From an uncultured virus (IMG/VR IMGVR_UViG_3300021961_000064) (lineage: Duplodnaviria; Heunggongvirae; Uroviricota; Caudoviricetes), in IMG/VR virus record IMGVR_UViG_3300021961_000064: 64,000 bases of DNA. One strand, written 5' to 3'. The notes under the pieces were generated by a model, which saw only the letters and a program-made list of their open reading frames with translations, ran no database searches and was not told the origin of the DNA. Positions 18,354-26,233 of this stretch are shown here, piece after piece; positions within the stretch are counted from its first letter, which is position 1; each line of letters opens with the position of its first letter. The translations under genes and the position numbers were made by a program.

Positions 18354-19402
18354 ACATCAGTTCCCTTAGTGGTACTATAAATTTTACCGTCACCAAAATC
18401 ATAACGGGATTCACTAAATCCAAAGTCATCATCTAGATCTATCAATAGATCATCAGCAGAATTAATAACATTTAATGCAGTTCCTTCGGCATGAGTTGTT
18501 ATTTGAGTTCCGTCTTGACCTCTATTTACAAGTAAAGTATTGCCATTAATTTCACGAATATACATTGATTCATCATCAATCTGGATGTATGAATTAACAA
18601 TTAATGGTGTTGCATCAGATACTTGGAATTCGGTTACTTCTTCCGAAATGTTCTCTACAATGACCGCTGTTTCATCATTATTATAATCTTTCAGAGCCCT
18701 AGGTTCTGCAGCATATCTTAACTGTCTAGATGCATTGGATCTATTTGTATCAGTATAATAATCGACCTGTACCTGTTTGATCAGAGAATCATTTCCTGTT
18801 GCAATTGGACCAAATAAGTATGTTTTTGCAACAAAATCTAATGTGTAGATTAAGACCCGTCTTGTAGTATAATCTCCTTCATATTGATCATCCATTGAAA
18901 TATTTTCAAGTATCATTGGAATGTCTCTTTTCTCTCCAATACTAGAAACCAAATCTACAGTTAAGTTGAGATGTGGTTGAAAATATGGTAGAATTTGTTC
19001 AATTATTTGTAGAGCATCCTCATTTAGTTTAGACATTATTGAAAGTCTAAAATTGACATTATATGGAACCGGCATAAAACTTCTGGTAATTTCATTACCA
19101 TTTTCTCTATTAACTGCCTTAAAAGTCTGCATAGTAGAAGACTTTCTTGATGGATCATATCTTATTCCCATCATTTCAAAAGACATTCTAGGAAGAGTAA
19201 TTGCAACTCTCTTTCTTAAATCCGGAACTTGTTCAATTCTTGCTAAAAATTTCTGTATAGGCCCATAAGCTATAGGAACAGTAATAATACTAAAATCATC
19301 TCCAGCATTATCTTTGTGTTTGATTTTAATATCATTAAAGAGAGTACCAAAAGATACAATGGTTTTTCTCAGTATTTCGTGATAAAAATAATTAGATATC
19401 AT
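18350..19402 (-). CDS. gp15: Proximal tail sheath stabilizer / tail terminator
   Basis: YFYHEILRKTIVSFGTLFN, VPIAYGP, LPRMSFE, QIIEQILPYFQP. Confidence 0.96.
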   Translation of the reverse strand: MISNYFYHEILRKTIVSFGTLFNDIKIKHKDNAGDDFSIITVPIAYGPIQKFLARIEQVPDLRKRVAITLPRMSFEMMGIRYDPSRKSSTMQTFKAVNRENGNEITRSFMPVPYNVNFRLSIMSKLNEDALQIIEQILPYFQPHLNLTVDLVSSIGEKRDIPMILENISMDDQYEGDYTTRRVLIYTLDFVAKTYLFGPIATGNDSLIKQVQVDYYTDTNRSNASRQLRYAAEPRALKDYNNDETAVIVENISEEVTEFQVSDATPLIVNSYIQIDDESMYIREINGNTLLVNRGQDGTQITTHAEGTALNVINSADDLLIDLDDDFGFSESRYDFGDGKIYSTTKGTDV

Positions 19403-19432
19403 TACGACAAAATATTATACGTTAATAATTAT

Positions 19433-20863
19433 TTAGTACTCACCAAAAGGGTTCTTTTGACTGAAATCCAAAATAGAATCTGCTTCCAGTTCTATCTCTA
19501 CATTTTCTGCATAAGCATCTAGGAATTCATTAGTTTGTACTGAAGATATTTTATAACTACCTGCAGCACCAACAATAGACTCACCTTTAGCAAAATTGCC
19601 ATCAACAATTGCAACTTTAAGAATTCTATTAATATGATCCCAATTTTTAACATATGCAGTTGTTCCAGTTTTAGTACCAGTTACAACTTCATTGTAGGTG
19701 TAATCCCCATATGTCGTAGCAGTAGGATCTGTAAATTCTATCGAAGGTGTAAATGTGTATCCAGCACCAGCGTTTGAATACCTAACAGAAACAACTTGTC
19801 CTTCGGTGTTGAGAACGACCTCTCCTTGTGCGTTATTAATATTTGAAGATACTCCAACACTAGAGGGTATGAATACTCTTTGTATAGATACTTGTGGGAC
19901 AGTTGTATACCCAACGCCGCCAGAAGAAATTCCAACCACGCCAAGTACTTTTGTATTGATTATTGCAGTTGCAATTCCACCCTGTCCTCCACCTCCAGAA
20001 ATACTAACAAGAGGTGGTTGAGTGTATCCAAATCCAGGATTGGTAATTAAAATTCTATCAATAGCAAGTTTTTGATTTGGAGATCTACTGGTCATTATTG
20101 CAACTGCAGTAGCTGTCAATCCACCTGATGGCGCTGTAGATATTGATACTGTAGGTGCATAATTATAACCATATCCATCATGGATAAGATCAATATATTG
20201 TACAGATTTGGAGTTTGGATCATTAGTTGCAAGTCCTACTGATGCAACAGCGGTTGTGGCACCAGATCCAACCATTTGAATACTATAAACATTACCAAGA
20301 TTTTTTATAGATTCATTAATGGATCTTCCCGATTCATCTACCTCCGGAATGTCAATAATTTCATCTTCATATTCAAATCTTTCACATCTCAATTCATAAA
20401 CATAAAGATTATTTAATTGATAAAATGGTTTTTTATACTCTACGTATTTTATTTCAAATAAAGAGTCATCAAGAGGAAACCAAACCAGATCTCCTTCTTG
20501 TGGTCTAAATGCTAACTTTCTTTCCTCTAGTGGCCATAATTTTAAAAGAGGAGATATGAAATCGTCATATCTTTCTCTCGAAATAACTAAATTAATTTCA
20601 TCATTATTTCTTACACCAAATTTAGTTAGTAAATCTCCATTACCACTAAATCCTTCAAAATTCATTAAGTAGGCTTCAATACGAAAACTATCGTCAAATT
20701 TAGAAGCAATAACCTCTTTTATTACAGTATTTTCGCCAACAATTCTTCTGGGTAGATATAGAACATCCTGCCCATACATTTTTAACTGTTCATTTATGAG
20801 ATCCTGAATAAGTCTTTGTTCTCCAGGAGATCCTTGTAAAAAATAAGAATTTAGTGGTGACAT
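19433..20863 (-). CDS. gp14: Neck protein with inserted G-x-GY repeats
   Basis: EQRLIQDLINEQLKMYG, RPQEGDLVWFP, LFEIKYVE, ending DFSQKNPFGEY. Confidence 0.95.
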   Translation of the reverse strand: MSPLNSYFLQGSPGEQRLIQDLINEQLKMYGQDVLYLPRRIVGENTVIKEVIASKFDDSFRIEAYLMNFEGFSGNGDLLTKFGVRNNDEINLVISRERYDDFISPLLKLWPLEERKLAFRPQEGDLVWFPLDDSLFEIKYVEYKKPFYQLNNLYVYELRCERFEYEDEIIDIPEVDESGRSINESIKNLGNVYSIQMVGSGATTAVASVGLATNDPNSKSVQYIDLIHDGYGYNYAPTVSISTAPSGGLTATAVAIMTSRSPNQKLAIDRILITNPGFGYTQPPLVSISGGGGQGGIATAIINTKVLGVVGISSGGVGYTTVPQVSIQRVFIPSSVGVSSNINNAQGEVVLNTEGQVVSVRYSNAGAGYTFTPSIEFTDPTATTYGDYTYNEVVTGTKTGTTAYVKNWDHINRILKVAIVDGNFAKGESIVGAAGSYKISSVQTNEFLDAYAENVEIELEADSILDFSQKNPFGEY

Positions 20864-20864
20864 A

Positions 20865-21695
20865 TCAACCTATGAGATCGAGTGGTGGTAATTCGTATTC
20901 ATCTTTTAGTTGTTGTTCCAGTTTTTCTACTTCTGCAACTCCATCGTCATAAATTTGTCTACCATTGAGTTGCACTCCACCTGGAAGTAGAACTCCTTGG
21001 AACTTACTCATGTTTTGACCCCACTGTTTTTTGATGAGAGCGGTGAGGTATTTTTTTAACCACCAGTCATTATAGAGTTTTGGTGCATCAGATGGGTCAA
21101 CAATTCTATAACAATCGATAATTACATATTCATTTTCACCAACCTCAGACCAGTCAATATCAAGATATAACTTGTGATTCTTTTTATTAAAACGGATTTG
21201 TGCGTGGGGATTCAAAAGGAAGTCTAAATCTTCAAGATATCTTTTGACCATAGCATAATTTAGGAGATCTAACGCACCATAATAATAAACATCATTCAAG
21301 AATAATTGATATTTAATATTGAAAAGACCGTCCGAAACCGTACTCGAATTTATTTTGAGGATATTATTAACACCAATAATAGAATCTGGGAGAGGTAGAT
21401 AGTTTACACCTTCAACATAAGTGAGTGAAGTTAATCCAGCGCCAACGACTGTGGCTGATGTTGTTGCAGACCCTACGGGTGTGGATTCTGCAATGGTTGT
21501 CTTAGTTGCGGGAGTGAGTCTATGTTTTAGAAATACTCTATCAATTCCATCGTAGTGACGTTCATGATAATACTGAATCGCATCATCAATTAGATTGTCA
21601 ATCTGGTCATCATCTACGTTTATCTCTAAAACTGGTTTGCCCAATTGTTTGAGGCAGTACTCTTTCAACTCCGCTCTACTAGATGGCTGCGCCAT
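20865..21695 (-). CDS. gp13: Neck protein
   Basis: LKEYCLKQLGKPVLEINVDDDQ, KKQWGQNMSKF, LPGGVQLNG. Confidence 0.96.
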   Translation of the reverse strand: MAQPSSRAELKEYCLKQLGKPVLEINVDDDQIDNLIDDAIQYYHERHYDGIDRVFLKHRLTPATKTTIAESTPVGSATTSATVVGAGLTSLTYVEGVNYLPLPDSIIGVNNILKINSSTVSDGLFNIKYQLFLNDVYYYGALDLLNYAMVKRYLEDLDFLLNPHAQIRFNKKNHKLYLDIDWSEVGENEYVIIDCYRIVDPSDAPKLYNDWWLKKYLTALIKKQWGQNMSKFQGVLLPGGVQLNGRQIYDDGVAEVEKLEQQLKDEYELPPLDLIG

Positions 21696-21730
21696 AAAAA
21701 AATACCCCTAGCCTTATAGAGGTATTTATA
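21696..21730 (-). promoter_or_regulatory. Late promoter overlapping a terminator/RBS hairpin upstream of gp13
   Basis: TATAAATACCTCTA-TAAGGC-TAGGGGTATTTTTTT-ATG. Confidence 0.75.
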
Positions 21731-21732
21731 AT

Positions 21733-22374
21733 TTAGTAAGGAGAAACTCTAAATCCGTACTGGCCAGTACTTAGAACCTTTGGCATAAAGTTCATTGATA
21801 TGGAAATTCTATCATCAGCATTATTATCAAAATGTCCATGCAGTATATGTGACTGCCAAAGAATTAAATCTCCATTCTGAGGGAAACAGACTGTATCACT
21901 ATTATATGGAGTTTCTTTAACTTTTGCTAAACTTATAGCTTGTTTACCAATATAAGTGCAATTTGATGGAGATTGAAAAACTAGAGGAGAATGTCCAAGA
22001 TCTTTATCATAATTTACATAATATGTTCCGGAAATAAAAGAGTTTGTATGAAAATGTGGATGTTGAAATCCACCAATATTACAAACATTTATCCAACTAT
22101 CAGTAACAAAAACCCCATCTTCCAATTCATACCCAAGAGTTTCAGTTATGAATTTTTCACAAGATTTTTCACACCACCGTTTAAAATCTCTAAATTCTTT
22201 GTTTTTGAATATTGAAGTTTCTGTAGTGTTTCCGTAATGAACTAATTCTGGTGAACATAAATGTGGTTCTGGTTTTAATTTTTTTATTTGTTTTGAAACT
22301 AAGTTTTTTACGGTGTTTTGTTCTTTATAGTTATCTACGTATATTGGTGTAGCAAAAATGTCAGCAATACTCAT
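21733..22374 (-). CDS. Putative 2OG-Fe(II) oxygenase (TIGR02466-like)
   Basis: DSWIN, HPHFHTNSFISGTYYV, GDLILWQSHILHG, RISISMNF. Confidence 0.85.
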   Translation of the reverse strand: MSIADIFATPIYVDNYKEQNTVKNLVSKQIKKLKPEPHLCSPELVHYGNTTETSIFKNKEFRDFKRWCEKSCEKFITETLGYELEDGVFVTDSWINVCNIGGFQHPHFHTNSFISGTYYVNYDKDLGHSPLVFQSPSNCTYIGKQAISLAKVKETPYNSDTVCFPQNGDLILWQSHILHGHFDNNADDRISISMNFMPKVLSTGQYGFRVSPY

Positions 22375-23078
22375 TTTTTAAGTTCGTCAAAGAAAAATAC
22401 CTGAATTAATCTGCTATCTTGGGGAGTAGATCCAAAATATTTTGTTGCAGAATGAAATTGTTTTGCATCAAAAATGATACATCTATTATAGACATTTTCC
22501 GCATATTCTACAAGTTCCCACTTATCAAAATCTTCTGCTTCAGTTTTTGGAAACACAAAACTTCCATCAATAGTAGCCCTGTCACATCCATTTTCTTTGT
22601 ATTTAAAGAACCCTGTCCCGCTACCTTCTTCAGGATCTGGAGTTAGATATATAACCGCCGCGTATTCGTTTCGACTATCCGCATGTATCCACATGTCCGA
22701 TTTTTCATCACAATATTGAAAACATCCATTTGATAAAGTTCCTTCCATATTGAGAGATAGGTCAGTATCTCGTATTTTCATAGTCATTGATTGAAAATCA
22801 AATCCCAATAAATGATTATTTTCTTCATAATCTGATGAAGCCGCAAAAACCCATCTATTTGGATCTATTTTCAGTTCAGAATAATTTTCTATTTTTTGTC
22901 TATTTTCTACTAGATTTAAAATAGATGATTTTGTTCTATATCCTGGATATGTAGAATATCCATTCTCTTGCATTTTTTCTTTACCAGAAGAAGAATAGTC
23001 AGAGAATTTGCGAATAGCAAACTCTCTGACTTGATCTGGATCATTGTACCAGTTGTCTATAATTTTCAAACTAAACAT
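22371..23078 (-). CDS. Putative 2OG-Fe(II) oxygenase (DUF6445-like)
   Basis: IIDNWYNDPDQVR, YPGYRT, WIHAD, AAVIYLTP, YNRCIIFD...FHSA, RLIQVFFF. Confidence 0.8.
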   Translation of the reverse strand: MFSLKIIDNWYNDPDQVREFAIRKFSDYSSSGKEKMQENGYSTYPGYRTKSSILNLVENRQKIENYSELKIDPNRWVFAASSDYEENNHLLGFDFQSMTMKIRDTDLSLNMEGTLSNGCFQYCDEKSDMWIHADSRNEYAAVIYLTPDPEEGSGTGFFKYKENGCDRATIDGSFVFPKTEAEDFDKWELVEYAENVYNRCIIFDAKQFHSATKYFGSTPQDSRLIQVFFFDELKK

Positions 23079-23100
23079 AATTACTATAAAATATTACTAA

Positions 23101-23508
23101 TTAAGCGTCCTCTCCGAGGGGATCTACATCTGGATTAAAAGTTCCTGGTGGATACTGTTCTTTAATTCCTTTGATCAAAGCAAACCACTCAGAAGTTTCC
23201 GCACCGGGAAGTCTTCCTGCAGCCATATCATCATAAATCATTGCAAGTTGAACTTCGATTTCTGGGTATGCTAGATATCTATGCCTTCTAAAATCGGCAA
23301 CTTCCCATTCGGCAATAAGTTCTTCTAGTTTTGCTTTAATTTCTTCTTCAGTTGGAGGAACGGATGATTCATCTTGCCAATCGATGGAAGTATAATCATT
23401 CATAATAATTCCAAAAGGAGCTCCTGGACGCAATTTTGCAATTGCATCCGAATATTCTGGAAATCTTGGAAATTCCTGTTTGAACTTTACTAATTTATGT
23501 GTTGCCAT
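23101..23508 (-). CDS. Tail-fibre-associated / XkdW-like assembly protein
   Basis: AIAKLRPGA, IDW...PPTEEEIKAKL, RYLAYPEIEVQLAMIYDD, IKEQYP. Confidence 0.65.
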   Translation of the reverse strand: MATHKLVKFKQEFPRFPEYSDAIAKLRPGAPFGIIMNDYTSIDWQDESSVPPTEEEIKAKLEELIAEWEVADFRRHRYLAYPEIEVQLAMIYDDMAAGRLPGAETSEWFALIKGIKEQYPPGTFNPDVDPLGEDA

Positions 23509-23533
23509 AATAGAAACAAACCTCTTATGAAAA

Positions 23534-23541
23534 TATTTATA
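23534..23541 (-). promoter_or_regulatory. Late promoter
   Basis: Perfect TATAAATA about 26 nt upstream of ATG 23508. Confidence 0.8.
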
Positions 23542-23551
23542 TGGATAAAAA

Positions 23552-24112
23552 TTAAGTTCCTATTTCGAATAGGTAACCCATGGAACAAGTTCTTTCATAA
23601 TTACCTTGTCCATTACTATCCCAAGTTCTATTAAATCTCCACCAGTTTTCCGAACTCTGCGAAGATCTAACTGCAGGAGTAAAGTAGAGTGGACTGGTTG
23701 TGTTTGCCGTACAATGATAAGTCAATTTAAAACTTGCTGGAGTTGAACTATTGTTCATGTCATACCATCCAGCAATAAGTCCAGACCAACGGTTATTTCC
23801 TGCCTGAGAGTTGTACCCCTGTTGGCCGCCATCAGTAATTAATGAATCATTTCGGTGGAGGAGTAAAACTTCGTCCCAACTTACTTCACCAGTCAATACC
23901 CATTGCATGATTAGAATATTACTAGACTTCTTTGGAGTTACGCTTAAAGAAAGCGCATTGAATCTAGTGCCATTGCCAGAATTTCTGCAATAGACGAGAT
24001 ATGGATCGCAGTTTTGAACACAATCAAAACCAACAACATTTCCTACGCCAGAAGCAGAAATTCTCTTGCCGGCGAGATTATAAATGTCATTAACTTGTAA
24101 TTCTGCGCTCAT
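23552..24112 (-). CDS. Fibre-tip-like beta-sandwich protein, paralog 3
   Basis: Shares QW.xTGE, NSSTP, NR...S.GQ..E with its two neighbours. Confidence 0.7.
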   Translation of the reverse strand: MSAELQVNDIYNLAGKRISASGVGNVVGFDCVQNCDPYLVYCRNSGNGTRFNALSLSVTPKKSSNILIMQWVLTGEVSWDEVLLLHRNDSLITDGGQQGYNSQAGNNRWSGLIAGWYDMNNSSTPASFKLTYHCTANTTSPLYFTPAVRSSQSSENWWRFNRTWDSNGQGNYERTCSMGYLFEIGT

Positions 24113-24702
24113 TGTCCCTGTCCTCCAGAAGTGTGAGATATCTCAAATGCAACTCCCGTACAAACACCAGTCTCAAAACTATCTTGTCCAGAACTACTCC
24201 AACAACGATTAATGTAAATATTTGAGTTACTGTCACTTGAATGTTGAGCTACAATATCAAAATTAATATTGCCAGTTTGACCAGCTCTACACATATACAT
24301 TAACTGATAATTTGAAGGAGTACTGGAGTTATCTTGATCATGATATGCACAGAGTAATCCTCTCCAATACCACTCTTCACTATGACCATAAACGGAGTTG
24401 TTGGTTCCAAAACTGTCATCGTACCAACTACCATTCTTCAAGACTTTGAAGACAATGTTATTATCTGTCTCCATAGTTAATTGCCAAGAACAAACTATAA
24501 TGTTGTTTGGATGTTGTACATTTTGTGCAGTAAGTCGTAAAGCAAATAATGTGCCATTATTATCGTACTGAATCCAACCCCTAGTCCAATACTGAGGTCT
24601 TCCATCATATCGCATTGTACTGGTATTGATTACTGATCCATATTGTGGAACAATAACCTGCCCAGATGTATTTTTAACCTGACTAGAATAAACGTAGCTC
24701 AT
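24109..24702 (-). CDS. Fibre-tip-like beta-sandwich protein, paralog 2
   Basis: DQDNSSTP, INRCWSSSGQDSFE; GGAGG RBS. Confidence 0.7.
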   Translation of the reverse strand: MSYVYSSQVKNTSGQVIVPQYGSVINTSTMRYDGRPQYWTRGWIQYDNNGTLFALRLTAQNVQHPNNIIVCSWQLTMETDNNIVFKVLKNGSWYDDSFGTNNSVYGHSEEWYWRGLLCAYHDQDNSSTPSNYQLMYMCRAGQTGNINFDIVAQHSSDSNSNIYINRCWSSSGQDSFETGVCTGVAFEISHTSGGQGQ

Positions 24703-24714
24703 TTTAAGATCCTC

Positions 24715-25272
24715 CTATCGGGTAATTTCATACATCACACCAGTGCTGACTTGACATTCATATCCATTTTGACCATTACTTCCTTGAGTTCTATTTAGAT
24801 AAAGAGTTCTATTATTTCCGTTGGAGGATCTAACAGCTGGAGCATAATTTCTACTAGAAGTATTTTCTGCGTTACAGAAATATTGAATAAACCAGTGGTG
24901 CGGGGTAGAACTGTTATCCGTATCATAAGTTGAACTAATAAAACCAGACCATCTGGCATTACCAGTTTCGGCATTATATCCTTGTTCACCACCGGTAGTT
25001 ATAAGACCACCATTTTTGAAGATAGTAAAAACACAGTCATTGTGCAGTTCTCCTGTAACAACCCATTGACACAAAAGCAAATTTCCACTATGTCTAGGGC
25101 TCATAGTCATTCTGAGAGCACTAATCTCAGTGCCATTTCCACTATTGTTTGCTGATATTGTAGTTCTGGGGTCATAACGAACCCGTGTCATTTGAACAAT
25201 ATTTCCAGTATTCTTTAGAATTGGGGAACCGGTTATGGGATTGATAATATAATCCGTATTTAATCTACTCAT
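24715..25272 (-). CDS. Fibre-tip-like beta-sandwich protein, paralog 1
   Basis: DTDNSSTP, LNRTQGSNGQNGYE; GGAGG RBS. Confidence 0.7.
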   Translation of the reverse strand: MSRLNTDYIINPITGSPILKNTGNIVQMTRVRYDPRTTISANNSGNGTEISALRMTMSPRHSGNLLLCQWVVTGELHNDCVFTIFKNGGLITTGGEQGYNAETGNARWSGFISSTYDTDNSSTPHHWFIQYFCNAENTSSRNYAPAVRSSNGNNRTLYLNRTQGSNGQNGYECQVSTGVMYEITR

Positions 25273-25287
25273 CTGAATAACCTCCTA

Positions 25288-25461
25288 TCAGTATATTGTC
25301 CAATAGGCACCACTATTAACAGTGACAGTTACTCCGCTGTTAATCGTAATTGGCCCAATACTAGCCCAATTCTGACTGGTATCTAGAGTAGTGTTGGAAG
25401 TCACATTCCTGTTATTGGACATGATTACTCCACCACCACCTTGACCTATAGTTACCGCCAT
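25288..25461 (-). CDS. 57-aa stand-alone fibre C-terminal adaptor-like peptide (not in ORF track)
   Basis: MAVTIGQGGGGVIMSNNRNVTSNTTLDTSQNWASIGPITINSGVTVTVNSGAYWTIY*; GGGAG RBS and CATAAATA promoter at 25489-25496. Confidence 0.8.
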   Translation of the reverse strand: MAVTIGQGGGGVIMSNNRNVTSNTTLDTSQNWASIGPITINSGVTVTVNSGAYWTIY

Positions 25462-25497
25462 CGGTTACTCCCAAGCTATCTATACTGTTATTTATGC

Positions 25498-25794
25498 CTA
25501 TTGATCAGTAGGCTCCTCAACAGAGTCTCTTAGATCTGTTGTTGGAGCTTCATATGGTGTTTCTGGTTCCGAGGAAGGTTCAGAAAACTCTACCATACCC
25601 AAAGCTAACTTATTATTAACATTTCTCAGTTGTCCTTCTAGAATTTCATGCCAATAAGATTCATCTAGAGATCCATCGGGAGAATAGGGGACATTGACAA
25701 CTTTTGCAAATTCAAGTCCGTTTTCATCAACGAACTTAACAGTTGCTGTTTTTTGCCCCTCTGACAATTCGGGAACTGTATATGTTACTGACAT
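25498..25794 (-). CDS. Hypothetical fibre-associated protein
   Basis: 98-aa ORF tightly packed downstream of the fibre operon. Confidence 0.7.
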   Translation of the reverse strand: MSVTYTVPELSEGQKTATVKFVDENGLEFAKVVNVPYSPDGSLDESYWHEILEGQLRNVNNKLALGMVEFSEPSSEPETPYEAPTTDLRDSVEEPTDQ

Positions 25795-25797
25795 TTA

Positions 25798-26232
25798 TCA
25801 AACCTCCGTTGCATCCTTATAGAAATCGGTAGTTAGGAGATGATTGTATGCTTGTGTAAGAATACTGTCGGAACTATCGGGATTGATGAAGAATTCGATT
25901 CTCCAATCTTTACCCTTTGTAGCCCACTGAGAATCTACTCCGGCTTCAATTGGATTTGCACCAATAACTCCAATTGGTTTCTTTCCAGAATCTCTAGCAT
26001 CTTTTGAAGAATAAACTTCAAGGGAAATTCTACCGATGTAACCAGACTTCCAATAAACCCATTGGGCTTCGTCTTCATCATCTCTAGCAGTTAATTGCTC
26101 TGGTCTGGAGTGGTCGGGTGGGGGTGCGATGTCTGCAAGTCTTTTCTCAGTTGTTACGTTGATGATTACATGATATGCATCTTCAACCACTACCCCCGTT
26201 TCAGGAATTTCCCAATCTCTAATTAGTGCCAT
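25798..26232 (-). CDS. Hypothetical fibre-associated protein (possible chaperone)
   Basis: MAL...DAYH.I, ending QAYNHLLT...KDATEV; directly after the fibre gene. Confidence 0.7.
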   Translation of the reverse strand: MALIRDWEIPETGVVVEDAYHVIINVTTEKRLADIAPPPDHSRPEQLTARDDEDEAQWVYWKSGYIGRISLEVYSSKDARDSGKKPIGVIGANPIEAGVDSQWATKGKDWRIEFFINPDSSDSILTQAYNHLLTTDFYKDATEV

Positions 26233-26233
26233 C

